Source: a virus
IMG/VR virus record: IMGVR_UViG_3300031715_000002
Span: 32,200 to 96,199 of that record
Strand: one strand, 5' to 3'
DNA: 64,000 bases
Position 1 is the first letter of the stretch; every line of letters starts with the position of its first letter. This document shows positions 49,732-59,294 of this stretch, piece after piece. A program made the translations under genes and the position numbers. The notes beneath the pieces are model-generated. The model was not told where the DNA came from. It ran no database searches and was given only the letters and a program-made list of their open reading frames with translations.

Positions 49732-50421
49732 TTATGCCAGCAATTTGCTTTCTTCCAAATTCTCTTGATAGGTCGGAAGTCTTACGAGGTAGACCCCCAT
49801 CTCTCGAAACTCATCTGCGACGGTAGACTCAGTTATCGTCCCTGCTTTCAGCCCATCCAAACATCGTTTGGCATATCTGGCCGCCGCGTAAACAGCCGGG
49901 ATGTTGAGTGCTAGGCTGATCTCGTATGCTACAAACTCAAGGCTTGTCGGTCGTTGGCCGCGCGGCGCGATATCGTAGAACTGAAATAACGCCACTGCCG
50001 CTTCAATCGCCGGTCGCTCCACGATGCGCTTACCAACGCGAAATGGTACGGGCTGTGGGATGGAGCCTTGCTCTTTGCGCGTCAGGATTATCGGTTCTTC
50101 GATTACCGGCAACTCTTCCGCTTTGGCATGCGGCATCATGTCTACGACTTCCAGGAACGAGCGGAGAAACTGAGCCAATTGGGCTGGCGGGGCATTGTGA
50201 AACCGCAATTTCTGTTGCCAGTGCCATACCTCGGAGCGAATGGGAGCGATACGGTAGATGCCCGATACCATGTCGATCATTGTGGCTACATGGTTCTCGC
50301 TGTTGGTCAATTTGGCGATGTAGCCTACCGGCACGCGCTCCGGTGGCTTGACCGTTAAAGTGTAAGCTTTGAGGATGACGCGGGCGGCGTGCAAAGACGC
50401 AGCAGTGACACGATGGGCCAT
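49732..50421 (-). CDS. hypothetical protein
   Basis: 229 aa; possibly two diverged internal domains. Confidence 0.65.
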   Translation of the reverse strand: MAHRVTAASLHAARVILKAYTLTVKPPERVPVGYIAKLTNSENHVATMIDMVSGIYRIAPIRSEVWHWQQKLRFHNAPPAQLAQFLRSFLEVVDMMPHAKAEELPVIEEPIILTRKEQGSIPQPVPFRVGKRIVERPAIEAAVALFQFYDIAPRGQRPTSLEFVAYEISLALNIPAVYAAARYAKRCLDGLKAGTITESTVADEFREMGVYLVRLPTYQENLEESKLLA

Positions 50422-50445
50422 AGGGGTGAGTGAAACTGAAAGGAG

Positions 50446-50784
50446 CTATTCCGGTTCGTCTTGCCCTTGAGCGGAGACGCAACGACCATTGCGGATGTAT
50501 CCGTGCCAACCACAATGGGACTCGCAGTTAATCGAAGGATGAAATGTAGGTGCTTCGCGGTTTCCGCCCCAATCCCACTGCGGACGACCGCCGTTCTGCC
50601 CTTGTGGGTCGCGCTTGATATCGGCTGTTCCTGCGATGAGGAGATTGGCGCATTTATTGCGCTGTAGCAACTTTGGTAGACCTCGGTTATAGCCGACACA
50701 TCGAAAGGTGAACCGGCACGGCTTCTGCCCCTCAGGACATGGATCGCCTTCGAGTGTCAGAAATTCAACGTTGGCCGTGCTCAT
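50446..50784 (-). CDS. DUF6527-like Zn-binding protein
   Basis: WDWGGNREAPTFHPSINC...CGWHGYIRNG. Confidence 0.75.
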   Translation of the reverse strand: MSTANVEFLTLEGDPCPEGQKPCRFTFRCVGYNRGLPKLLQRNKCANLLIAGTADIKRDPQGQNGGRPQWDWGGNREAPTFHPSINCESHCGWHGYIRNGRCVSAQGQDEPE

Positions 50785-51089
50785 TTCTCATCTTCCGGCG
50801 CGAAACTCGCCCCTGCCAAATCCGCGCTCACTTCCCGCAGCACTTCTCGGCCATCTGGCGCAAGAATCCCGGTATTCATCATTTGCGGAGCCGGCTTGAC
50901 TACGGGAGCATGTCCGCGGCGGTGGTCGTCAAGCACTTCAAGGCAGTAGCCTCCGAATGTGCATTGCACGCCAGATTCGTAAACGAACGGGCACATAAAG
51001 TATCGGTGGCCACGCCATCTAGCGATCTGCAATCGCCGCCCGTCCACGATTACAAAGTTCGGGTCGTTGGGGTCTGGGATTTCGCTCAT
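50781..51089 (-). CDS. hypothetical protein (C2H2-like)
   Basis: CP...C...H...H; coupled overlaps. Confidence 0.6.
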   Translation of the reverse strand: MSEIPDPNDPNFVIVDGRRLQIARWRGHRYFMCPFVYESGVQCTFGGYCLEVLDDHRRGHAPVVKPAPQMMNTGILAPDGREVLREVSADLAGASFAPEDEK

Positions 51090-51796
51090 CGAATGAACTC
51101 CTGATACATCCGCACGTCATCCCCAATCCACTCTCTCAGCACCGTCAACTCCGGGTCTGGCTTCCACGCATCCGCCATGATTTCCGGCCGATGCCCGATG
51201 CCGATTCCCGGCCTGCCAGGTAGCCCCTTGATGCCAACGCTCATCCGAAGATCAATCAATGCCCCAGGCTCATAAGCCTTACGCCATAACCGCACGTCGA
51301 TGAACTCGGAAGATTGCGAATTGCAGATGTCCGTTAGCACGGGTAGCCACGATTTGCGGATGGCCGTCTGGCACAAGCTGGCGTGGCGGTTGTTGCTTAA
51401 CTGGCGGTAGCGCTTGGAGGGCACGTGGTAATAGCGGGCTGGAGCTTCGCCGGCAATCGGGAAGTGGTCGAGTTGCTTCACCAGCGTCTCGATGTAGGTA
51501 TCGGCAAAGCGGTCATCGTCCTCAAGAAAGAAAACCTTGTCGAACTGGACACAGGATATCGCCGCCAACAGGTTGCGCGCCAGCGTGTTCTGACCGTAGC
51601 CCCACTTCGGCTCTGGGAAGATGCGCGTAACCGTCATTCCGGGCCGTTGCGGCGGTTGCCAATCTTTGCCGTCCACATCATTTACCACAATCCACTGAAT
51701 CAAGCCGGGGTAGGTCTGGCGAGCCACAAAGCGCTCACACAGGGCAAACGCCTGCGGGCGCCCACCGGTACAGGTGATTATAGAGATTCCGTCCAT
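51086..51796 (-). CDS. GT2-like glycosyltransferase
   Basis: ITCTGGRPQAF, WIVVND, FLEDDD. Confidence 0.85.
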   Translation of the reverse strand: MDGISIITCTGGRPQAFALCERFVARQTYPGLIQWIVVNDVDGKDWQPPQRPGMTVTRIFPEPKWGYGQNTLARNLLAAISCVQFDKVFFLEDDDRFADTYIETLVKQLDHFPIAGEAPARYYHVPSKRYRQLSNNRHASLCQTAIRKSWLPVLTDICNSQSSEFIDVRLWRKAYEPGALIDLRMSVGIKGLPGRPGIGIGHRPEIMADAWKPDPELTVLREWIGDDVRMYQEFIR

Positions 51797-51850
51797 GCTG
51801 TAAAGTCCGATTCTAGGCCACTGGCGGGCGATATGAGCGAAGGGACCGGG

Positions 51851-52012
51851 CTACTTGAACAGATTGACGGTATCCGGCCCAATGCGCAACAGGAAGGCCA
51901 GCAAGCCGAACGCAAACGAAATGCGTCCGATCTCTTGCAGTTTGGGGTTTACGGCGAGCGCGTACATCAGGACACCAATCAAAGCGATAAGGAGCGAAAC
52001 GAAGATTATCAT
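51851..52012 (-). CDS. small two-TM membrane protein (53 aa)
   Basis: MIIFVSLLIALIGVLMYAL...ISFAFGLLAFLLR. Confidence 0.65.
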   Translation of the reverse strand: MIIFVSLLIALIGVLMYALAVNPKLQEIGRISFAFGLLAFLLRIGPDTVNLFK

Positions 52013-52030
52013 GTTCGTACCTGCCTTTCC

Positions 52031-52726
52031 CTATTTTACCGCCAAGGCGTGCTTTTCCCTGAACTTCTGCCGCATGGCCGCCATGGATGCCGCCGTGCTG
52101 CCCATCGTGCGCGCGAAACTGGCAGACGATTGATGCTGTCCGAACCCGTGCTTTACCACGGCATGATTGGCGACGGCTAGCTTAAAATCGGCATTGTGCG
52201 CGCGCTGGCTCAGATCTTCATCCTCAGCACCGTAACCATCAAAACTCTCATCAAACAGTCCGATTGTATCGAATACGATCCGCTTGATGTAGACGCAGAC
52301 GAAGGCGAGATAGGGCCGCTGGCAAATGCTCACAGGATGCAACTGGTTTACCCTCGGATTCCACTTCTGCTCGTTGTTCCCCACGCCGCCAATGACGCGG
52401 GGGGAGACGATGCCGATGCTGGGGTCAGAGTACGCTACGTCTGAGAGCGCTTGAATCGTGCCGCAATGCTGGAATTGTACGTCGTCGTTGACTAACAGAA
52501 CGTCCGAATCTCCGGCGAATTTGATGCCGATGTTGGCGTTGCGAGCGTAGATGAAAGGCTCGACACCACATAAAAACTTCCATCGCCCGCGCGGAATGGG
52601 AATCTCGACATTGCGGCTCGTCACCAATATCCGAAGCGCATCCGGTTCGTACCGATAGAGGTACGATTGGAATCGGTCGAAGATGTCCGCGAAACCGGTA
52701 AGCGTGACTACGGCAACGTCAGGCAT
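52031..52726 (-). CDS. GT2 glycosyltransferase
   Basis: YARNANIG, LVNDDV, IGLFDESF-GYGAEDED. Confidence 0.92.
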   Translation of the reverse strand: MPDVAVVTLTGFADIFDRFQSYLYRYEPDALRILVTSRNVEIPIPRGRWKFLCGVEPFIYARNANIGIKFAGDSDVLLVNDDVQFQHCGTIQALSDVAYSDPSIGIVSPRVIGGVGNNEQKWNPRVNQLHPVSICQRPYLAFVCVYIKRIVFDTIGLFDESFDGYGAEDEDLSQRAHNADFKLAVANHAVVKHGFGQHQSSASFARTMGSTAASMAAMRQKFREKHALAVK

Positions 52727-53468
52727 GCCACTCCTTCAGCGTCTTCGGATCGCGTAACCATTTCGTTTGGTCCCAATCATTGTACTGCACATGCCAACCG
52801 CGCGCCCGCTCCTCTGGGTCATACCGTTCTAGACGCTCATGCACTATTTTACGCTCCGCTTGCGCCGATGTGCGAATGGGGTAGTGCTTCAATATAAACT
52901 TGTGCGGGTAGATGCGGACGAACTTGCTAGGCCCCCAATGGCCGCCAGTTTCGGCCAACCGCAAGGGTCCAGCCGTGGTACGCCGCCAAGCCTTGACATG
53001 CGTGCATCGGCGATTGTCAACGTGATCTTGAGTGTAGTAGCGGAAATATCGTTCTGGGTCGCCTCGGTAACCATCATCGACCGGCATGAAGTGGTAGACG
53101 TCGAAGTCGATGGCCGTGTAGCCTTTCGCGTCCACGCGGGCCAGCGCGTCAATCATGCGCTCGCCTGGCACTGGGCTGCGGCGAATTTCGTCTGCATCAT
53201 TTGACATGATCCATGTCGCATCCGATTCGCGAGCGATTTGTTCAATCCGCTGCAATAGCGGCTTCCACGAGTAATAGCGCGATGGGCCGTCAGCAGGGAA
53301 TTTCTCGTATCCGACCAACGGAAAAGACTGAGCGATCTCTGAACTGCCATCCGTGCTCCAATTGTCCACGACGCGAACCTTGAAGCCTTGCTCATGGAGA
53401 TGGCGCAAAGTCCAACACAGGATGTCCGACTCGTCGAATACGGTCATGACCGCAAGAGCGGTGATCAT
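52719..53468 (-). CDS. GT2 (Glyco_tranf_2_4-like) glycosyltransferase
   Basis: VVDNWSTDGS, NDADE, LKHYPIR. Confidence 0.9.
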   Translation of the reverse strand: MITALAVMTVFDESDILCWTLRHLHEQGFKVRVVDNWSTDGSSEIAQSFPLVGYEKFPADGPSRYYSWKPLLQRIEQIARESDATWIMSNDADEIRRSPVPGERMIDALARVDAKGYTAIDFDVYHFMPVDDGYRGDPERYFRYYTQDHVDNRRCTHVKAWRRTTAGPLRLAETGGHWGPSKFVRIYPHKFILKHYPIRTSAQAERKIVHERLERYDPEERARGWHVQYNDWDQTKWLRDPKTLKEWHA

Positions 53469-54301
53469 TTAACGTATCCTTCGCCTTGGATTCGCCCCGG
53501 CCATCGCTCCCCGCACAACTCCACAAACTCAGCCACTTGACCTTTGACGCTCGCCAAGTAGGCTCTGAACTCAGGCCATGCTTGCGGTAGCGTGGCCTTG
53601 GCGCGGTCCAAGTCTTCCGCTCCCCACGCTACCCCATTGAACAGATACCCGGCGTGCGATTCCAACTCTTGCCGTGTTCGCTGTCCATCGGGAATCACAA
53701 GCGCCACGCAGCCGCACAGTGCCGCCAGCAATGGCAGCATCGAAACGTGGTCATAGCAGACGAACAGTTTGTGGCGGTTGAATGCCGTAATGAGTTGCTC
53801 ATCGTCGTTGTACCGGTCGATCAGAACTGCGTCTGCCGGATGCTGATTGAGCGGTCTGCCGAGTCCCTTGCGGACGGCGTAGCATGTTCCGCTTCGCCGT
53901 TGCTTCAGGTCTCGAAACTCCGAGAAGTTGCGCCACACCGTCAGAACGCCCTTGACGTTGCTGGCGTACCGAGGCTCCAAGCGGAAACTGGAATTCCACA
54001 TCATCACGACATCATCTGAGCCGTAGTCCTGTTCAGGATGGTCGCTGAGTATCCAGCGGACTACCTGCCTCGCTTCCATCGGGTTGCCCTTCACGCCGCC
54101 TGGATAAATCACGATCTCATCTGGTTGAGCAATCGCGCGCCTCGGTCGAACCTCGCCCAGCCAAGCGGAGTTTTTGCCGTGGCATTGGACCAACACCGTA
54201 GGGTGTCCGAGGCAGCATAGCTCATGAGCCAATCGGTGAAGCGAAAGCACACCGCCGCTCGTGGTTGTGTAGTTGGCTGAAGCCCAAACGATGAAGCGCA
54301 A
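53465..54301 (-). CDS. GT-B-like (WavQ-like) glycosyltransferase
   Basis: SGGVLSLHRLAHEL, IVIYP...GNP...VVRWIL, AALCGC. Confidence 0.7.
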   Translation of the reverse strand: MRFIVWASANYTTTSGGVLSLHRLAHELCCLGHPTVLVQCHGKNSAWLGEVRPRRAIAQPDEIVIYPGGVKGNPMEARQVVRWILSDHPEQDYGSDDVVMMWNSSFRLEPRYASNVKGVLTVWRNFSEFRDLKQRRSGTCYAVRKGLGRPLNQHPADAVLIDRYNDDEQLITAFNRHKLFVCYDHVSMLPLLAALCGCVALVIPDGQRTRQELESHAGYLFNGVAWGAEDLDRAKATLPQAWPEFRAYLASVKGQVAEFVELCGERWPGRIQGEGYVK

Positions 54302-54307
54302 GGCAAG

Positions 54308-54973
54308 TCACGCAGCCAACTTGTCGTAGAAGCCTGCGGAAACTCTCGCCCGCACCTTCGCGGCATCGGCCAGCACCGACCGATGGTTGACCACGCTGTC
54401 TTGGGCTTGGTGGACATTGTAGGCCACAAGCGGCCTTTGCACATGCACGGGATTCCATCGTGCCCCCAGCCGTATCCAGTAGTCCCAATCGGAAGCCCGC
54501 GGCACGCTCATATCGAAACCGCCAGCCCATCGGTAGGCTTCGCGGCTCCAGAAGGCTCCAGGCAACGGGATGAAGTTCTCACGCTTCAGCCGTGCGTAGT
54601 CCCACTTGAGTACTCCGAGCACCGATGGGACACCGTAGGGATTCTGGTTTACTAGGACGGAGCCGTAGCCCCACTCGTTGAACGCCATGGCCGATTCGAT
54701 CTCTGAAAGTGCTCCTGGCAGCATCTCATCGTCATCGGCCTGAAGCATGAAGATATCGCCGTGTGCATGCGCGATGCCCCAGTTGAAGCGATCCACGCGC
54801 CCCGGCATGTACTCGTAGAATATCCGCTCATCTTTCGGGATGACGCTACGCACGCTCTCTCCGCCGTCTACGATGAGCAATTCCCAATCTTTGTAGTCCT
54901 GCATCCGTATGGCTTCGATGGCCAACGGGATGAACGTGCGGCGGTTGCACGTTGGCATGATGATGGAGATCAT
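54308..54973 (-). CDS. GT2 glycosyltransferase
   Basis: ISIIMPTCNR, WELLIVDG, ADDD, GGFD, DWDYWIR. Confidence 0.93.
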   Translation of the reverse strand: MISIIMPTCNRRTFIPLAIEAIRMQDYKDWELLIVDGGESVRSVIPKDERIFYEYMPGRVDRFNWGIAHAHGDIFMLQADDDEMLPGALSEIESAMAFNEWGYGSVLVNQNPYGVPSVLGVLKWDYARLKRENFIPLPGAFWSREAYRWAGGFDMSVPRASDWDYWIRLGARWNPVHVQRPLVAYNVHQAQDSVVNHRSVLADAAKVRARVSAGFYDKLAA

Positions 54974-55140
54974 TTTTCAAACTGCTTCGCCAGCCCAGGT
55001 CCACGATACATCATTGCGCGCTTAGCGGATTGCTCGGAATCCCCAACGCAATCTGTGGGTGTATCGCTTGGACCGAACCACTGCCAGTGGATGCCGGTGA
55101 AGCGGAGCGAAAACACAATTCCTTCCACTGTGCAAGTCAT
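54970..55140 (-). CDS. small hypothetical protein (56 aa)
   Basis: ATGA overlaps at both ends. Confidence 0.5.
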   Translation of the reverse strand: MTCTVEGIVFSLRFTGIHWQWFGPSDTPTDCVGDSEQSAKRAMMYRGPGLAKQFEK

Positions 55141-55808
55141 AGCGCCTTCAGTCTTTCAATGGTAACAGGATCGCAAAAGCGAATTGCCAGCATCGTATCC
55201 TCAACATGGAACAGGTCGCGATTTTCAGCCAGCCCATCAAGAAACGCTGTGTTCTCCTGACACTCTGAATTTTGGTAGTCGTGCCACAGGATACAACCCG
55301 TCCGCTGGTAGTTCAGGATGTTCTCGGCGTTTCGCGTGTCGCACTTGACGCCGGCCGTAGTGTGGTCCCCGTCGATAAACACGAGATCCATATCGCGCGG
55401 AAATGCGTCAAAGATACGCGAGTCTCCAATCAAGCAAGTGATTTTCCGCTCTCCCGGCGTACCTGAAAACTCCAACGGAAACTGAGAGCGCCAATCGTAC
55501 ACATCCAGCATCCCAGACTTAGCCAGCGTCTCATCGTCCGCGTCGAGCGTCCAGATTCGCGCATCTTCCGGCGAGTTCATTGCCATATGCAATGTGGATG
55601 TGCCGCGAAATGTGCCAAACTCAAAAATCCTCTTTGCCTTTACGATACGGATGCAGGCGATTAGGCACTCCAATTCCAGCGAACGTAAACTGTTGTCTGC
55701 GTACCAGAGGATGCGCCGTATTGGCAGCATCATCCACATGCCGCGATCCATAGGGCATTTCTCTTCCACGAGGGCAAAGAGTTTCCATGGTCTTATGTGG
55801 TGCATCAT
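55137..55808 (-). CDS. class I SAM-dependent methyltransferase (Methyltransf_24-like)
   Basis: IFEFGTFRGTST, GDS, DLVFIDGDH, ILWHDY. Confidence 0.9.
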   Translation of the reverse strand: MMHHIRPWKLFALVEEKCPMDRGMWMMLPIRRILWYADNSLRSLELECLIACIRIVKAKRIFEFGTFRGTSTLHMAMNSPEDARIWTLDADDETLAKSGMLDVYDWRSQFPLEFSGTPGERKITCLIGDSRIFDAFPRDMDLVFIDGDHTTAGVKCDTRNAENILNYQRTGCILWHDYQNSECQENTAFLDGLAENRDLFHVEDTMLAIRFCDPVTIERLKAL

Positions 55809-55908
55809 CTGGTGACAGTATAAAAAGCCCAGCGCGTTTATGGACGCCAATCCAGAGGCGCGCCGGGCTGCTCCGCTCAATCAACAGCGTGAGCAAATCG
55901 TAGCACGC

Positions 55909-56163
55909 CTACGAAACCGGCGCAATCCACTGGTTATCCCAAGCGTACTGAAGCTGCTTGATGGCTTTAGCCGTGTACTGGTTGGGGGATGTTCCAGCAT
56001 CGAAAGGAAGAGACTGCGTCGCATTGTAAACAGTCCCGAGGAAGTTCATGCTTTCTCGGACCACCTTGTATTGCACTGTGCCAGAGGTTTCAAAGTTGCG
56101 GTACGCCGAGAGAGCGCTGAAGTAGCGGCGCACGCCAAGATTGCGGGTTGTGTTTGTAGCCAT
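55909..56163 (-). CDS. hypothetical protein
   Basis: AAGGAG RBS; 84 aa. Confidence 0.7.
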   Translation of the reverse strand: MATNTTRNLGVRRYFSALSAYRNFETSGTVQYKVVRESMNFLGTVYNATQSLPFDAGTSPNQYTAKAIKQLQYAWDNQWIAPVS

Positions 56164-56173
56164 GTGATCTCCT

Positions 56174-56581
56174 TCATTTATTCTGCTTCTTGCGTTCTTT
56201 TACGACCCACATGCAAAGTTGCGTGCGGTTGGACATGCCGGTCTTTTTGAAGATATGAAACAGGTAAACTTTGATGGTTCCTTCGGAGAGGTGCAACCTA
56301 TAGGCCACGAGTTTGTTGGCAAGTCCTTCATCGGTAATCAGATCAGCGACTTGACGCTCCCTGACGCTCAACGGGGCACCAATACTGTCTCCTTTCCCGG
56401 CAGGCCGCTTTGATTTTGTTTTATCTTTGCAAGCAGGGCAAACCTTAACACGCTCACTGATAGAGAAGAACTCCTCCCCGCACCGCGAGCAGTTATGCTC
56501 AGTCAGGATGGCAGTCGGTTCTGCAAGGCTGCGTGGTCCGCTCCTGTCCATAATCCGCTCCGAATTGTAGCGCCGCTTCAA
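56174..56581 (-). CDS. LuxR/GerE-type HTH regulator with N-terminal Zn ribbon
   Basis: CSRC...CPAC; LSVRERQV...GLANK...LSEGTIKVYL...KKTGMSNRTQL. Confidence 0.88.
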   Translation of the reverse strand: MKRRYNSERIMDRSGPRSLAEPTAILTEHNCSRCGEEFFSISERVKVCPACKDKTKSKRPAGKGDSIGAPLSVRERQVADLITDEGLANKLVAYRLHLSEGTIKVYLFHIFKKTGMSNRTQLCMWVVKERKKQNK

Positions 56582-57209
56582 TCGGTTGATACGGCCAGCA
56601 CTTCAACGCACTACCGGGCGTGCAGTTGACGACCTCCACGCCAGCATCGGCCAGTGGCTTCACGAGGTAATTGAACAGCGGCAGCATCGAATCCGCCAGC
56701 ACGCGCGAGAATGCCATGGCCAGTTTCCCGTAGCCCTCGTGCCAGTGCGTGCGCGCACCGTCGCAGTGCATATCGTAACCCAGTAGCAGAATCTTGCTCA
56801 CGCCGAAGTGATACGCGAGGTTGATAGCCTGATACCCGGCATTCGAGCCGTGGCGCAATTTGCTTGAGTCCGTTTCCAGCCCCATTTGCCCGCTGAATTG
56901 CATTTGATGAATCTGTGGATGGTCCGCAAAGCCTTGCTCACCGGCTACGAGAAACCCATTGCTGATTTGCTCATGCCAACTGCTGGAACTGTCGAGCGAG
57001 CGCGGATTCGCTAGCGATTGTTCGATGAACCATGAACGGTCGCACCAATACGTGACATCAGCCCATGGAGCCATGCGCCAACTGCCGTTTATTGTGATGA
57101 CTCGGCACTGGCCGCGCAACGATTCGGCATCGAAGCCCCGTAGCGAGGGACCGCCGGCTAGGATAGCGCAGGTTTCACCGGACCAGATGCGGGGGACGGA
57201 AAACAGCAC
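56499..57209 (-). CDS. DUF115/MptE-like Rossmann-fold protein (glycan-related)
   Basis: ILAGGPSL, NAGYQAINLA, LLGYDM, EVVNCTPGSAL. Confidence 0.75.
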   Translation of the reverse strand: MLFSVPRIWSGETCAILAGGPSLRGFDAESLRGQCRVITINGSWRMAPWADVTYWCDRSWFIEQSLANPRSLDSSSSWHEQISNGFLVAGEQGFADHPQIHQMQFSGQMGLETDSSKLRHGSNAGYQAINLAYHFGVSKILLLGYDMHCDGARTHWHEGYGKLAMAFSRVLADSMLPLFNYLVKPLADAGVEVVNCTPGSALKCWPYQPIEAALQFGADYGQERTTQPCRTDCHPD

Positions 57210-57212
57210 CGC

Positions 57213-57626
57213 TTATTCTCGGGATCTGTACACGCGCCAATTGGAAATGAAATTCGGTCTAGACAAATCGTCTGAAAATGCAACGGGGTGCGCGTGCATC
57301 GCCTGTATAAAAAACACCCCAGGAAGCAAGACAGGAGACCCAAGTATCTCCTGCGCATCCTGCAAAGCGTTGAACACCGCGAGCCACTGATTGTAGACCA
57401 CAGTGTACTCGAATCGCGGATTCCCGCGCACGCGCGTCTGGAAGGTGTCACGCTCGTTCGCACGCGAGAGCGTATCGAATGGCATCCCGCCAGTGTCGAA
57501 TAACGAGATTACCTGATTGGACTCGTTCGGTATGACGCCACAGTAGATGGGCCACGCGCTACCAAAATTCCCGCCTACCCCTTGGGCAATGAGATAGGCT
57601 TGCACGTCATTCAGAAGAATGCCCAT
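57213..57626 (-). CDS. tail terminator/minor virion protein
   Basis: Follows the HK97-gp10-like gene; DTGG, FQTRVRG, DD--RP-F--NW. Confidence 0.8.
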   Translation of the reverse strand: MGILLNDVQAYLIAQGVGGNFGSAWPIYCGVIPNESNQVISLFDTGGMPFDTLSRANERDTFQTRVRGNPRFEYTVVYNQWLAVFNALQDAQEILGSPVLLPGVFFIQAMHAHPVAFSDDLSRPNFISNWRVYRSRE

Positions 57627-57641
57627 GGATTTAAGGGGTTA

Positions 57642-57849
57642 TGCTGGCGTGCCGGATCAAAACCGGCCAAACTCCATCCCCACCGATTGGAACTCACGCA
57701 CGGCTTCGAGTTGCCGATTCGCTACTTTACCGGAGTCTTGCAAAACCCCGATTCCAAATCTAAGGTGTTCGTGGCCGCCTCGATTACGGACTCACGGGAG
57801 TTTTTCCCTCTTGGGTCCATCATGTTAACACCACATGCAGACGCCAGCA
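57642..57849 (-). ncRNA. candidate tRNA-like structured RNA (~208 nt)
   Basis: Terminal stem TGCTGGCGT/ACGCCAGCA; T-arm-like GCCGG-TTTTGAT-CCGGC; D-arm-like CATGT-GGTGTTA-ACATG; nested internal helices. Confidence 0.6.
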
Positions 57850-57852
57850 AGC

Positions 57853-58356
57853 CTACTTTATCACGCGTTCTGCGGCTGCGCGCAAGCGCCCTGGTAATTG
57901 GTTCTGAGTTTCCTTTACAGGATTCTCCAAGAACTTCGGCCCAGAACCGGGACGTGTCCACTGGATCTCTTTCCCCGCCGCTACTGCCTTTGTCCAACTC
58001 CAATTGGGTGATGGCGGCTGAGATCCTTCCATTGCCTCATGCACGTACAAGGCGTAGCCTTTAGCTGCACCACCATACCCAAGCACCACAAGCCCATCGT
58101 TCGCGTCCGCTGGCTTCTCGCCAAATGAATACGCGGGGCTTCCGCCGTCCCCAATGCCAAGCTCGGGACACTCCACGTGGCCGCTGTTCATCAGCGTGCC
58201 GGTCTTCAGCGGGCAACGGCGCTTGCTTTCCGTCATCGTCTCTTCAGCCCAGCGGTAGGCTTCGCCCATCACCTCTTTGCGTACCTGTGGTGCGAGTTTG
58301 GTCAACTTGTCCTTGAGGGCTTCGATGCCGGTGAGGCTGAAGGATGCGGAGGGCAT
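57853..58356 (-). CDS. HK97 gp10-like tail completion protein
   Basis: CPLKTGTLMNSG, YALYVHE, KFLENP. Confidence 0.9.
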   Translation of the reverse strand: MPSASFSLTGIEALKDKLTKLAPQVRKEVMGEAYRWAEETMTESKRRCPLKTGTLMNSGHVECPELGIGDGGSPAYSFGEKPADANDGLVVLGYGGAAKGYALYVHEAMEGSQPPSPNWSWTKAVAAGKEIQWTRPGSGPKFLENPVKETQNQLPGRLRAAAERVIK

Positions 58357-58357
58357 G

Positions 58358-58741
58358 TTAACCGTTGCTGCTTCCTAAAAATACTTTCATGTAAAGGGGC
58401 GCTCCAGTCTCATCCATGAAGGTCGAGAATGAGAGAATCGGCGGAACGATAACGGCCCCTTGCGTATTCGTGGTAACGTCCCCATTCATATATACGAGAT
58501 CCTCATAGCCCACATTCGGTGGTGGCGTTGCCATGATCCATATCACGCTCGCGCTCAGCACTTCAGCGCCTTGCCCCTTTGTACCACGCTCGTAAGCCGC
58601 CACGCGCTCAGCTTTGAATACGCGCCGACCGTTGAACGTCTGAACCGAACCCCACGACGGCGAGCCATCCTGGTCGCGGGATACCATCGGTTGCCAGCAG
58701 ACGGTGGCTGGCGTGAGCGGCAGGAAATCCAGGATGTTCAT
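58358..58741 (-). CDS. head-closure/adaptor protein
   Basis: Position in the head-tail module; RDQDGSPSWG motif. Confidence 0.7.
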   Translation of the reverse strand: MNILDFLPLTPATVCWQPMVSRDQDGSPSWGSVQTFNGRRVFKAERVAAYERGTKGQGAEVLSASVIWIMATPPPNVGYEDLVYMNGDVTTNTQGAVIVPPILSFSTFMDETGAPLYMKVFLGSSNG

Positions 58742-58805
58742 AGAACTAAGTCGGCTAAGATCTGCCACATTCTAACACGCCGTGCGCAAGACGATGCGGC
58801 CATAG

Positions 58806-59294
58806 CTAAGGAACAGTCGTCTGATTAGATGATTGCAGTTGAGATGCGCCTGGTGCCGTAGAATTATTATCCATGCCGTCAATTTGCGAGGCAGGTTGGA
58901 TCAGATCAGGATTGCTATAGGCCGCATACTTCTGACTCAGCGATTGGCCGCCGAAGTACACCGGCACGCCCGCCATGGTCGCGCGCCTGCGGAGAGAGAT
59001 TGCAAGTGCTGAGAATTGCTTCAGGAGATTCGAGTACGAAATCTTGAGGTCGCCCACCGCTGAGTCCACATTGCGGGCGAGTTTGGCTGCGATGTCATCC
59101 GCACAATTGGCGGCTGGAAGGTAGTTGCCCTGCGGAGGTGGATTCGTTCCGTAGACGCGAGTGATCTCGTAGTTCACTTCGGCGTCTTGGAGGTAGTACA
59201 CTGGAGTAGCCCCAAGTCCACCGGTATCGCCACAGAGAAACCTTGTTTCGTCTTTCGGCGAGGTTGAGGGGTCGCCAGAATATGTCGCAGGCAT
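58806..59294 (-). CDS. head-tail connector protein
   Basis: TYSGDP...RFLCGDT...LQDAEV...VGDLKISYS. Confidence 0.8.
   Translation of the reverse strand: MPATYSGDPSTSPKDETRFLCGDTGGLGATPVYYLQDAEVNYEITRVYGTNPPPQGNYLPAANCADDIAAKLARNVDSAVGDLKISYSNLLKQFSALAISLRRRATMAGVPVYFGGQSLSQKYAAYSNPDLIQPASQIDGMDNNSTAPGASQLQSSNQTTVP

Noticed and set aside
51851-52012. Holin
   Set aside because: The two-TM peptide has no adjacent endolysin, so it is left as a membrane protein
57680-57820. Group I intron inside a tRNA
   Set aside because: The ~145-nt insert is too short and no P7 core pairing was found
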